A stretch of DNA of 64,000 nt from a virus. The notes under the pieces were generated by a model. The model saw only the letters and a list, made by a program, of their open reading frames with translations, searched no databases and had not been told where the DNA came from. Below are positions 51,371-62,935 of the stretch, piece by piece. The stretch lies in the IMG/VR virus record IMGVR_UViG_3300009376_000001. One strand, written 5' to 3'. Position 1 is the stretch's first letter; each line of letters starts with the position of its first letter. A program made the position numbers and the translations under genes.

Positions 51371-52465
51371 GTGACTAAGGGAGAACGGCGAGAACAGAAG
51401 CAAGAGCGAGCATTCGCTAAACGGCGACGAGCGAACAATCGCAAAAACCTTGAAGTAATCATCGAGGCACAACGTCAACGAATGCGACGTGGTTACTAGG
51501 GGTTGACTTAGGTTCTCTAACATGGTATACTACTAACATCAAATAAAGGAGACAGGATATGTCACAACTAAATGATAGCGTAGCGGAACTGGCGAACTTC
51601 TGGGAAGACCTACATCGTGAGGATGTTGACTTGACCCTCAAGTTGGAAGAACTACTGGGTACGGAAAAATCGGAGCAACTCCAAGGATATATCTCAGAGT
51701 TGGAGAACTACAACGACGAGATTGACGTTGATACCGCTCTCAACGAGATTCAGGATGCTCGTTACCAGCTAGAATCCATAGAATCCGCAATCCAAGATGC
51801 GGTCAATGCTCTAGACACTGCAGAATCTGAAGTAGAGGACTTACGATAATGATTAAAGACGAAACCACTCTCACCTTTACAATGCGTGAGCGATACATCA
51901 TCGCTCAAGCGTTAATACTAGGAATCAAGGAATTAGAAAAAGTTCCTGGTGCTATGAAAGAAGTTTCCAACATAATGGATATGGAATATCTCTTAGAGCA
52001 TCAATTCGCTGATATGGCTTCTCCAGCACGGCTCTCAATCAATCTAACTAATGAGGTTAAATAAGAATGGGTCAATATTTCGTCATAGCTAATACAACTA
52101 AGAAAGAATACCTACATCCACATAGATTTGGCGAAGGTCTTAAATTCATGGAATTCACTATGGATAGTGCTGGTATCTTACATGGTTTTGCTCATCTAAT
52201 GGCACAATCATCTGAGGGTGTTCACGTAGATTGTGAAGCAGTCACAGGACGTTGGATAGGCGACCATGTTCTCATCGTAGGCGATTATGATAATTCAGAA
52301 ATCTTTGATGAAGCTTATAAATCCTACAATGATATATCAGAAATGGTTATTAACCATATAGCGGAAGATAGATATGTTCGGGAGATTCTATCCAATCGAA
52401 CACGCTGGGACGGCGACCATAAAAAGCCAGTATATCAAACTGCAGAGGAGATTGAGCATGCCTAA
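51371..52465 (+). CDS. Hypothetical genes (51371-51499 basic, 51559-51849 acidic coiled-coil, 51849-52064, 52067-52465)
   Basis: RBS and promoters present; 52067 begins MGQYF...GRWIGDHV, a common phage hypothetical pattern. Confidence 0.55.
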
Positions 52466-52970
52466 TTGGTGTTTTAATAGAGTTACTTTTACAGGTACAT
52501 CTGGTGATATTGAAAATCTAATAACACAACTGGCTAGTGAGAAATCTCACTTTGACTTTAATCAAGTCATTCCAATGCCGAAAGAACTAGAGGGACTATG
52601 TGCACCAGTAAAAGCCTTTAAGACCAAGGCTGAAGTTGATGAATACAATAACCAAGAACTCCCTGGTGGCTATGAAATTGGCAAGGCTATCACTAATGCC
52701 AAACACAAGGCACTACTTAAAAAGTATGGTCATGCGGAATGGTATAGCTGGTCAATTGAGACATGGGGTTGCAAATGGAATAATGGTGATGAAGTCGAAG
52801 TAAACGACGATAGTGAACATGGTTGTGCCTCTTATAGCTTTGATACTCCTTGGGGGCCACCCGAAGGAATCTATCTAGCCTTGCGAGAACAATTTCCAGA
52901 AGTACATATCTCATGGTTCTATGATGAACCAGGAATGGAAATCTCCGGCTACCTCTCTAACGAGTATTAA
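52458..52970 (+). CDS. DUF1281/YubB ferredoxin-like protein
   Basis: MPNWCFN, FDFNQVIPMP, WGCKWN, FDTPWGPP, YDEPG. Confidence 0.75.
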   Translation: MPNWCFNRVTFTGTSGDIENLITQLASEKSHFDFNQVIPMPKELEGLCAPVKAFKTKAEVDEYNNQELPGGYEIGKAITNAKHKALLKKYGHAEWYSWSIETWGCKWNNGDEVEVNDDSEHGCASYSFDTPWGPPEGIYLALREQFPEVHISWFYDEPGMEISGYLSNEY

Positions 52971-53169
52971 CTCGTAAGTCATTAAATCCTCTGGGACGAG
53001 TATTAACTCGCTCAGAGGATTTTTTTTATCCCCATCTCATCTTTTCCTTACCCCCCTAAATGTAACCAATTGGTAATTTTCTTCGTCTATAAAAGTGATA
53101 CCTTTAAATACTTGACTTGGAATGCCTAACCTGTTATAATAGAGGTAGAAATTAAAGAGAGGCAAAAAA

Positions 53170-53916
53170 ATGCAGTTACACATCCAACCTAAAAACGACA
53201 AACTTGGAAAAATCTGGAATATCTCATTACCAGCAGTAGAAACTTGTGGCGGAATGTCAGCATCGTGTGCGGGTGAAAATGGGAAGTGCTACGTTCTAAA
53301 AATATATAAGCGTCGTCCTAACGTACTAAAAGCGCATAGAAATACTTACGTGGATATCCTCAACGCCTTAGAATACGGCGAGGAATTAGAATTACCATCT
53401 AAAGTCAAAGATGGTGACATATTCCGCATCCACGTAGCAGGTGATTTCTTTGCGCCTACTTATGTTTATGCTTGGATTAAGCTTATAACTAATAATCCTA
53501 ATGTTATGTTTTTTGGTTATACTCGCTCATGGCGTATGTCCGATATGGAAGATTCACTGAAAGAATTAGCATCACTACCTAATATGGAATTATTGCTATC
53601 AGTTGACCGTGATACTGGATATCCTAATAAGTCCATATGGACTGATTTTAGGACGGCCTTTATGATGGTTGATGATAATGATATGTACTTAATTGAACCT
53701 GATACTCATATAGTATTTCGGGATAATAGGCATGATATACTTAAACAAGTTAATGGCAACTTAGTTTGTCCGACTGAAAATGGTATTTCTAAAACCACTT
53801 GTGAAAAGTGTAAATGGTGTTTTAAGGATAATCCCAACAAATTAGGTTTAAAGGTGGCGGATAGTGACGACGCGGGAAAAGTATCGGTTGAACGGAACTT
53901 GTCTATGGTGTCCTAA
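53170..53916 (+). CDS. Gp88-like (radical-SAM-related) protein
   Basis: SLPAVETC..C..CY, FRIHVAGDFF, GYTR, C-terminal CP..CEKCKWC. Confidence 0.7.
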   Translation: MQLHIQPKNDKLGKIWNISLPAVETCGGMSASCAGENGKCYVLKIYKRRPNVLKAHRNTYVDILNALEYGEELELPSKVKDGDIFRIHVAGDFFAPTYVYAWIKLITNNPNVMFFGYTRSWRMSDMEDSLKELASLPNMELLLSVDRDTGYPNKSIWTDFRTAFMMVDDNDMYLIEPDTHIVFRDNRHDILKQVNGNLVCPTENGISKTTCEKCKWCFKDNPNKLGLKVADSDDAGKVSVERNLSMVS

Positions 53917-54136
53917 GCCTAGGCATACCGTAGACGATAAGGTTTATGCTCTATGCACTAAACATATGCATGAACTTAAGAACAATAATGCCAAACGTGC
54001 TGAACGTCCCAAACAAGGTTTATGTCGCAGGTGTCGGAATCCAGTGGTTATGAATCGTACAATGTGTGAATATCATCTAGCTTATGAACGGAATAGAACA
54101 CAAGCAAAACGGATGACTAGTAGCATTACTATTTAA
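53864..54136 (+). CDS. Cys-rich hypothetical protein
   Basis: Two CxxC...CxxH repeats. Confidence 0.5.
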   Translation: MTTREKYRLNGTCLWCPKPRHTVDDKVYALCTKHMHELKNNNAKRAERPKQGLCRRCRNPVVMNRTMCEYHLAYERNRTQAKRMTSSITI

Positions 54137-54787
54137 TACCTGTTATACTATTAATGCAACTGCCTCGGCCCAGGATAGTTGCTTTCACAAAAAATCCCTG
54201 AAGTTGCCTCGCTTCGGGGATTTTCTTTTTTCCAATATCCTCATCTTTTCCTTAACTAGCTGCAGACTCTCCCGTGTCGTAGTCGTCTAGCTCTTCATCT
54301 CATCTTTTCCTTAGGCTCCCGTGAGTGAGCTAGAGGTGTGAGATTGTGAAATAAATCACTCTAGCTTCGATTGAATAGGTTTTGACCCTGTACATCATTA
54401 CTCTCCCTACTGTCAAGGGTAGGCTCGGCACATCCTGTGTGGGATGGCCTCGCATCTCTAGACTGGCAGACTCTGCGACGGATAAACAATAAAATATAAA
54501 ATTGGCAATAAGACAAAGGGGTAGTTATTATCAGGTGGATATGTATTTAAAAATAAAGTAGAAAATACAGTAGCTGACTAGGCGTGGATAGAGATGCTTG
54601 ACTTGGGTAAGTATAATAGGTAGACTACTATCATACGAGGGGAAATAGACGGTAATCAAGGTATACTACTAACAAAGAATAGACGATTGTAAAGACTTAT
54701 GATTCATGCTTATGGTTATGGATGTCTTTATGGTTATGGTTTATGATTGTTAATGGTTATGTTAATGCTTATGGTTACTGAAGGGGT

Positions 54788-55423
54788 ATGGTTATGACTA
54801 ATATCCTTATGACTATTATCCTTATGATTAGTATTGTTATAACTGGATGTACTAATCAGCCCCCACCGCTTATGACTCCTGAGCCTATACCTACTCCTTC
54901 ACCTACGGTTATGGTTGTTAATGATAAGGCTATGGTTATGGAGTCTCTTAATGAATTCAATAATCTTAATAATAGCGTAGTAGATTTTCTGAAATCTACA
55001 CAAGATATCAGTACTCTTGAGGCTCATGTATATCATAGGAACTATGTATCATCTAAAGTAATAATAAAAGGATTAGGTATATATAAAGAAGGGATAAATA
55101 ATTGGAATCCCCCCATTAATGAATATCAAGATGAATTAATCGAGATTAAACAAGCAGAATTATATAGAATAACTCATTTTATTGAACTATCAGAATTCTT
55201 AATGACCGCATTATTATCAGGTGATGAGGATTTAGTTGCGAAAGCCCATAATAATTTCGCTGAATGGCGAAATCATGCAGATAATAGGAAGCCAGCAGAT
55301 TTGCAAAATGATATACTAGATAGATTAGCAATAAACCCTGATTCAGTAAATTTTAGATATACCATCTCTGAGAAGCTTCCCGAATTGCCAAAGCGATTCC
55401 AAAAAACAGAAGGATTAAGTTAA
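54788..55423 (+). CDS. Putative lipoprotein
   Basis: Hydrophobic N-terminus ending ITGC (lipobox), then a Pro-rich linker. Confidence 0.6.
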   Translation: MVMTNILMTIILMISIVITGCTNQPPPLMTPEPIPTPSPTVMVVNDKAMVMESLNEFNNLNNSVVDFLKSTQDISTLEAHVYHRNYVSSKVIIKGLGIYKEGINNWNPPINEYQDELIEIKQAELYRITHFIELSEFLMTALLSGDEDLVAKAHNNFAEWRNHADNRKPADLQNDILDRLAINPDSVNFRYTISEKLPELPKRFQKTEGLS

Positions 55424-56873
55424 TGGAAGATAAGCCTAAAGACCTGATTGAGATGATTGGAGTCTCTCAAGAACAATTAGACGATGTGATAAAAAATAGT
55501 GAGTATGGGAAACAAACCATGCAATTTGTTCAAGAATGGACAGAAGTCACTACATTATCCTTGCGGGCTAATAGATTAATTATTGCTAACTGTCTTACAC
55601 CAGCTTCTGATGGCGAGCATATCATGTGCAGATTCTGTGGAGAAGGTATACCGAATTGGAAATTAGAAAATTCTAGAGAACATGCCAGTGATTGTCCTAT
55701 AAATACAGTAGGAGAGGCTTTACTAGCGGTAAAGAAGCTACGAAGTGGCATATTAGGAATGGAAAAAAATGTCAAAGATAACCCAAATCCGTTGTCAGGA
55801 AGAAGTTTCAAGTAGTAAACGTACATATCAACCAATGCATGGAGAACCATATACACACCCTGATGAACAGGACTCCCATCAATGCACGTTCTCCGCACAA
55901 TATTTAATTAAAAGCATTGATTTATATGTCTGTAGACAACATGCAGTAGGGGTCGATAAAAAACAATTATTAAAAATAAAATAGGTGTACGTGTGTGGAT
56001 AAAATAGTATTAGGGTCAGGAAGAAGAAAAAAACAAGATTTTCAATATTATAAACAAGTAAAAAGTCACTTAGAAGAAATAGAAGGGAAGGTAAATAAAA
56101 GTATGGTGCGAATAGGTAAAGCTGACGTAGATAAATTTCCACATCAATGTAGATATTACAAACCCTGCCAAGAAATAGTCATTAACCCATCTGGTAATTA
56201 TGGACATTTCAAGCGTGTACATCCTTGGACTGAAGATGAACAAGAATTTCTACTGACATTATTTGAGGAATCTCCCACAGGAAAGAATATTTATTTATTG
56301 TCAGTGCTATATGGACGGTCTGAGGAAGAATTAAGGAACTTCTTTAAATCGCAGAATAAAAAATTACCTAAATGGGGAAAGCGAGAAAAAGAAATTTCAG
56401 AAGTACATGAAGTACTTAATACCCAGATACAAGAAATACGCACTAACAATAGAATAAAGATAGTAAAGGATAAAAATGATAATTTAATGGATAGGTATTG
56501 GGAGAATGAGGTTCAGGTAGGAATGTCTACTGTGGTATCTGAATCGGAGTCAGATTCCTTCTCAGAATTAATTAATCCCTTTCCAGTTAATCCCCAGGAA
56601 ATTCAGTCTCAGAACTATTTAACTGCTACGCCTACGCCACCAGATGCTATCGGCTCCAAGGATTTTTATAAAAATACCGTGGACGCATTATTAGAGAAGC
56701 ATAGATATTGGATAGCAGAGGAACAGCGATTAAAAAATAGAATCCAAGAATTAGATAATCAGATTATCGAATTAAGAAATAAATTAGATGAGAAAATAAA
56801 CGAGCCAGAACTTTCAGAAGAGGAGATAGCTGACTATAAAGAACAGATGAATTCAATATATCAAGGATTTTAA
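55423..56873 (+). CDS. Hypothetical genes (55423-55815, 55995-56873 coiled-coil)
   Basis: Long ORFs co-oriented with the region. Confidence 0.55.
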
Positions 56874-57006
56874 TTAAAAAACCGCCTCTGTAACTACGCA
56901 CCTATAAAATGCGTCCTATACAATAGGCGGTTTAATTTTGCCCTAAGGGTTGACTTGAAGCAAGTGGTAGTGTATACTAGAGTAACACGGTAAAAAGAGG
57001 AGCGAA

Positions 57007-59520
57007 ATGGAAAACGAGGGACTATGTGAAATGGCGGGATGTGAGGTGGAACTGGAAAATATTATGGGAGATTCGCTTATCTACGGCGATACGATAGGTC
57101 GATACATTCGTTGTTGTGCGGAGTGCCATGAAGAATATACAGACCTAACAGCATACGGTAGGCCAGATTACGCTACACAATGGCTAAAGAAAACTCAAGA
57201 ATATTTAGGAAAATAAAAATGAAAATACGAAATGCATCAGTAACCTTGAAGCCAGAAGAAATTGAAGAAATCACTTTGTTAGGATTTAAATTCCAAAAGG
57301 TGATGCAAAACCTTCTCGATACTATCGTAGAAGTGCATGACAATGGGGAAAACTGTCCTATCTGTGGAGAGGAATACGAAAACATGATGCCAACCTTAGA
57401 TATGATGTGCTTCAACGAAGATTGTGCCTTTGTGCAAGCCCAAAACTTGATAGAGAAATCTCGTATGTCTTTGGGTACTTTTAGACTTGCGTGTCTAGAT
57501 GTAGGTTCAGAGGACAATTTCTACAACCCTATTGACTTGAAGTAACTACTATGGTATACTAAAGGTAATCAAAAATAACAGGAGATAAAAAATGGAATTT
57601 ACAGGAAAACTAGCTAAGGAAATGGCAACCATTGCAGTCCAAACCCTTAACGAGAAATTCGCAGAACTAGGATATGACGTTACCCTAACTAATGGTGGGG
57701 GAAAATATGGGCCACAAGAATTTACGATGAAGTTAGTCGTTGGAATGAAAACTGAAAATGGCGAAACTCAAGCAGAAGTAGACTACAAACAATACGCTAA
57801 TCTCTATCAGTTGCCTTTGGACATGTTAGGCTCTACTTTCAACTATAATGGAAAATTCTTTACCGTCACTGGATTGCTTCCAAATCGACGCAAGAACGAT
57901 ATCCAAATAGAGGATGCCAAAGGCAAGACCTTTATTGCACCACATGAGTCTGTAGTACGTGCCTATAAGCTACATACGGCAAAGTCACAATTCGATGGCA
58001 ATCCTATTCCAGCGGTGACAATCTAATGTCACCAGAAGCGAATCTACTTAGACTAGCCTACATTCAGATAAATGCGCTACTAGATGCTGGCTTTGAAACC
58101 AATGCGGATGAGTTGGTAAAAAATCATAGAGAAGCATTAGGCTCTCAAGTAATATACGGTTTCGTATTAGATGGCGTGGCTAAAACATTAACTGAGATTA
58201 GAGATTTTTGTGGAGCGGATGATATATGACTGTAGATGAATTTATAGACCAACTTGATGCGTTTTGTAGGTCTACGATTGGAGATAAATGGCAATTTAAT
58301 TACGAATTACAAGAAGACGATGGATTAGAATTTAAATCATTTGTAGCATGGGGATTTGAAGAACCTTGTTATAACGATGATAGATGCGAATGTCCCCGAT
58401 GTTGGAAGGAGAATGAAAATGCCAATATTTCAGATTAAATATACCGAAATGCAAGAACGACTATGGACAATCAACGTACAAGCTGAATCATTAGAAGAAG
58501 CAGAGGAACTGTTTGAATCCAATAGTGAAGACCCTTGGCGCATGGTAGACGGTCAAAAGGCTACTTGGGCGTGGGATTCGGGTGAAGAGGGTGATGCCGT
58601 AGACACTTATGAGACAAATTGGGAAATAGAGGAGACTGAATAATGGGTGCAGAAACATTTTATCAAACAGAAAAAGGCAAAAACGCTCAAGAAGCATTTA
58701 ATAATGCAAAAGCAGATGCATATTGGATACATGGTCACGGTGGCTATTCTGGGTCAATCGCTGAAAAGCAAGGATTTACAGAATTTCAACGTCCTAAAGG
58801 AATACGAGAGAAGACGGTACGCACTTTGATGCATGATTTAGTTGATTTTCACTTTGGAGATGATAAAAAGAAAAATAAAATAGCGAAAAAATATCCTAAG
58901 TTCTCCACCTATACGCTTACAAAGATGGCTAACACCTTTGAAGATAAGTGGGGGCCAGCAGTCTGTATGGAAGTAAAACCTAACACATATTATTTTTGTG
59001 GATGGGCCTCTAGTTAAACTATTGACTTAAAGTAATTAATATGTTATAATAACAATAGATTAAATAAGGAGATGCGTATGAAACATATTATGACTACTGA
59101 GGATTATTGGGACTGCGAGTGTGTAGGGTCAATCGAAGAATACATACACCCAAAATCACAAACTATGTGCATAGAATGTGGACAACAGCAGGAAAATATG
59201 CCTGACTCTAGAATCGATGAAGTCGAAAAAATATATGGAGCAATAAAATAATGACAACACCATTAGAAAAAGCACAAGAAAAACAAGCACAACGTAGACA
59301 AAAAGAAATGGATTTCTATACTAAATATTACACTCAACTGGTTGGAGCCAAAATAACTGGATTTGAATTAGTCCAAGATGAGTATGACGAGAATACTCTA
59401 TGGCCTACATTTACAGCTACCAAGGGCAAAAACACCTTTACTCTTGAAGTTTCTCAAGATGAAGAAGGAAATGGTCAAGGTTTTATATTTGGACTACCTA
59501 CTCCTCAAGCAGAGGAGTAG
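57007..59520 (+). CDS. Run of small hypothetical genes (57007-57216, 57219-57545, 57592-58026, 58026-58229, 58226-58438, 58419-58643, 58643-59017, 59078-59251, 59251-59520)
   Basis: Overlapping stop/start codons, RBSs and promoters. Confidence 0.55.
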
Positions 59521-59620
59521 GGAAAATAGGAACTATTGAGTACTTGACTTCAATCTAACTTAATGATATAATTACAGCATACTAAAACAGGAGACATTAA
59601 ATGAATTTTCACACTGAATT

Positions 59621-61163
59621 AACTTCTTATATACGTGCAGGATATCCAATACTTTATGTAACAGCACTGGAACCAACACGTGCTATTACTGCTATTGAAA
59701 AAGTTTGTGAAGAAATCGCTGGTGGCCTTTCTTGTCATGTTTGGAAAGTTACTAATGGTTGGGACAATAGTGGCAATGGTGATGACCCTGATGAAGTTTT
59801 CTCAGCTATAGACCAATTTGCCAACAACTCCGTATCAATCTTATGTAACTACCATGCATTTATAGGGGAGAACCCAGACCCTGTACGAGTACAGTCTATG
59901 ATAGATGCATATTCTAGATGGAAAGGCGTAGGAACTAATCGTACTGTGATTATTCTATCTCCAATTTATAAGATTGCTCCCGAACTAGAACGTTTTGTAC
60001 AGAATCTCACATACACTTTGCCTGATGTGACTCAGATTACTGGCATCGTAGACAAGTTTGCGGATGAGTACAAAGATACTTGTACATGGGAATCTATTGA
60101 ACACCATGACCGTGTTGTGGCAAATGCCTCAGGTATGACTGAGGATGAAGTAGAATCCTCTCTGGCATTATCTTTGGTAAAGTCTAAATCTAGTAATGGT
60201 GAACCTAAAATTGACCCTGATATCATTATGAATGAAAAAGCCAAGATTCTAGAAAAAACTGGTTACCTAGAGTACTGGCCTTATCCAGATAGTTTGGATG
60301 CTGTTGGGGGATTAACAAACCTTAAAGCATGGCTTAATGAGCGTAAGAAGGCTGTTCTTAGTCCTAAGGCTAAAGAATTCGGTCTACCTAACCCTAAAGG
60401 ATTATTCCTACTTGGGCCTCCAGGCACTGGAAAATCTCTATCGGCTAAATGTTTATCACGAGAATGGGGCTTGCCTCTAATCCGATTCGACTTGGGCAAG
60501 GTATTCGGTTCCTTGGTAGGCCAGTCTGAAGAACGTATGCGTATGGTTCTTGCTCAGATTGAAAGCCTTGCTCCAGCCACGGTATGGATTGATGAAATCG
60601 AAAAAGGTATGGCTGGTGCAGATTCTAGCGGTAGCATGGACTCTGGTGTTACCAAACGTGTATTTGGACAACTACTTACATGGATGGAAGAGCGTCCGAA
60701 AGACAAACTCATATATGTAATCGCTACAGCGAATGAGGCTCTTAGCCTACCGCCAGCCCTGTTACGCCGATTTGATGCTCTATTCTGGGTAGACTTACCT
60801 ACCACTAGCGATAGATTTGAAATCCTTAGAATCCAACTATCTAAAAACAAGCAAATGTCCGATGAGGTTGAACAAGGACTAGGTGAGGTAGTTTCGTTGA
60901 CTACAGGATTCTCAGGTGCAGAGATTGAACGTGTTGTTCACTCTGCCATGTTTAAAGCCTTTAATGATGATGTAGATAAGATAACCTTAACTCATCTTAT
61001 TGAATCGGCTCAGAAAATCGTTCCTCTGGCACAACTCCGTAAAGAGGATATTGAAGCCTCACGAGCATGGGCTAAAGAACGATGCGAATTCGCTCAAGAT
61101 GAGGAACCTGTAGATTTGAAAGCGATAAATCGAACAATGATTAGGTCGATAAATTTAAACTAA
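59621..61163 (+). CDS. Ycf46-like AAA+ ATPase
   Basis: YIRAGYPILYV N-terminus; Walker A GPPGTGKS, Walker B WIDEIEK, ATAN..LPPALLRRFD. The ATG of MNFHTEL is counted at 59621 in the printed sequence (ORF track lists 59601). Confidence 0.88.
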
Positions 61164-61224
61164 CATATTGACTTAAATAATAAAATTTGATATAATAACA
61201 ATACATTCAAAAAAGGATAAGGTA

Positions 61225-62100
61225 ATGACTACAAATCTTCTAAATACTATAAATAATACTAACGGCACTGACCCATTCAATGTTATAACTCCAGCTACTA
61301 ATAACAATAAACAGGGGCTATGGCGTAAAGGAGTCTTGGTTCAAATTCAAGGTGGCGTATGGTCTATGGAAACTAGACTGACGGCTGATGATTTGAACAT
61401 GGGAGCAAATCAAATCCCAGGATTTGCAACTCTGGGTAAAAAGCGATTGCTTGACCCGAAATACAAGAATCAATTCCTTAATGTTATTGGTAAGGCTAGG
61501 TCTGCTGCTGAACGATTAGGTTTCGGATTCGTTCTCACTGGCTCATACTTTGTGCCTTTCGGTAACTTTGACCGCCTCAAGGAAACCATTGATAAACAAC
61601 AATCTCGTTTTGACTATATGACTGATAGGTTTATTGAAGGCTATACAGAACGTAGGGCTGAATTCCTAGAGAAATATTCAGAACATTGGGAAAAACTTGA
61701 CCCATACTATCCTAGTCCTGATTACGTGCGTAGCAAGTTCAATATGAAAGCTATCTATTATGTAGCTTCCATGTCTGGAACAGTCACAGGGGAAGACGGT
61801 GCGGATGATATGTATGTCCAGTGGGCGATGGAATCCATGAATGGATTGCGGTCTGAGGCTCGTGAAGTAGCATCCTCTATACGTAAATCGTCTAATGAAG
61901 GTAATCTAGACGGACGCACAATGCGTAGGGTTCAAACCCTAATTGATAGATTAGAAAATATGGACATGCTGGAAGACGTTAACCTGCGAAATGCTGCTTT
62001 GGCTTTAGCCAATGATGCTTCAGTAGCAAATGCAGATGTTCTTACTCAAGTAGCTACTGATGTAGACATGGAGTCCATACGTGCGGTTCTGCTCGATTAG
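61225..62100 (+). CDS. DUF3150-like protein
   Basis: LGKKRLLDP..F...GFGFV..GSYFVP..YPSPDYVRSKF pattern. Confidence 0.5.
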   Translation: MTTNLLNTINNTNGTDPFNVITPATNNNKQGLWRKGVLVQIQGGVWSMETRLTADDLNMGANQIPGFATLGKKRLLDPKYKNQFLNVIGKARSAAERLGFGFVLTGSYFVPFGNFDRLKETIDKQQSRFDYMTDRFIEGYTERRAEFLEKYSEHWEKLDPYYPSPDYVRSKFNMKAIYYVASMSGTVTGEDGADDMYVQWAMESMNGLRSEAREVASSIRKSSNEGNLDGRTMRRVQTLIDRLENMDMLEDVNLRNAALALANDASVANADVLTQVATDVDMESIRAVLLD

Positions 62101-62157
62101 AGCAGACCGCCACAACCTTACTAAAAAAATAGTAACAAAAGAGAAGAGTGACTCAAC

Positions 62158-62403
62158 ATGGTAATGAAAATTCTGGCACAGATAGAAAGTGATAATACCG
62201 ATAAGATTTATGAAATTAGAGTAGGTAATGATTTTCGAACTTACTGTACCTGTGCTTCATGGAAGTTTTCAAAGTGTACGCCTAAATCTTGTAAACACTT
62301 AGAACGCTTTATGGTTGATGGTGCAGACTTTATAGGCACAGTACCTAATAATCCAGTCCAAGACAAACAAGGTTTTGTAGTACGTGCGGTGCTACTCGAT
62401 TAA
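62158..62403 (+). CDS. SWIM zinc-finger protein
   Basis: YEI...YCTCASW...CKHL. Confidence 0.7.
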   Translation: MVMKILAQIESDNTDKIYEIRVGNDFRTYCTCASWKFSKCTPKSCKHLERFMVDGADFIGTVPNNPVQDKQGFVVRAVLLD

Positions 62404-62463
62404 AAGACCTTGACTTCAATCCATAGAAATGATATAATACGTACCAAAGGAAAGGAGAATAAT

Positions 62464-62715
62464 ATGCCCTGCTATGTAACATATAAAATTCGGACTCAAA
62501 TAAAAGCCACTGATGTCGAACTGTTCAAAGCTATCGCCAAGGAACAAAACTTGCGGTACACCTTAGAACGAATAGACGCAAACACTTTCAATATCGTAAC
62601 CACAACTCCGCCAACTAATGCGATGGAAGAACTTACGATTCGGAAGATAACCAAGGAAGCTAAGAAGCGTAATTGGAAAGTCAAAGAAATTAAACAGGTA
62701 CAGGTGAAAGGATAA
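62464..62715 (+). CDS. Ycf35/DUF1257-like small protein
   Basis: MPCYVTYKIRTQIK..ELFKAI; AAGGAG RBS; near a Ycf46-like ATPase. Confidence 0.4.
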   Translation: MPCYVTYKIRTQIKATDVELFKAIAKEQNLRYTLERIDANTFNIVTTTPPTNAMEELTIRKITKEAKKRNWKVKEIKQVQVKG

Positions 62716-62717
62716 TC

Positions 62718-62933
62718 ATGAAAACTCTAATACTTACTGAAGGCAACAAAGAAGTTCATGTCACTATTGATGGTGAATCCGTAACCGTAGAATTAGTCAA
62801 AGGCTTTCCTGCTGGCGCAAAGGCTGAAGATATAGCCGATGTCATGCTTAAAGATATAGCCACTAAAGATAAGGTTTCTCATAAGCCACATATCCACACA
62901 TCAGAAGGCGCAGTCATTTATACAGGAGCATAA
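62718..62933 (+). CDS. DUF2997-like small protein
   Basis: VHVTIDGESVTVELVKGF; typical Ycf46 neighbour. Confidence 0.35.
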   Translation: MKTLILTEGNKEVHVTIDGESVTVELVKGFPAGAKAEDIADVMLKDIATKDKVSHKPHIHTSEGAVIYTGA

Positions 62934-62935
62934 TC

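Larger units (their letters stand above)
38111..54313 (+). repeat. 23 dispersed exact copies of CTTTTCCTTA
   Basis: Starts: 38111, 38535, 38964, 39590, 40148, 40926, 41295, 41833, 42250, 42694, 43326, 43830, 44229, 44729, 45797, 46609, 47123, 47918, 49695, 51246, 53041, 54245, 54304. All intergenic and on the same strand. Confidence 0.92.
38156..62440 (+). promoter_or_regulatory. About 30 near-consensus sigma70 early promoters
   Basis: TTGACA/TTGACT-17/18 nt-(TGn)TATAAT/TATACT, e.g. near 38156, 38591, 40182, 41890, 43369, 45829, 50308, 57532, 61168; often followed by ATCAAA and AGGAG. Confidence 0.85.
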
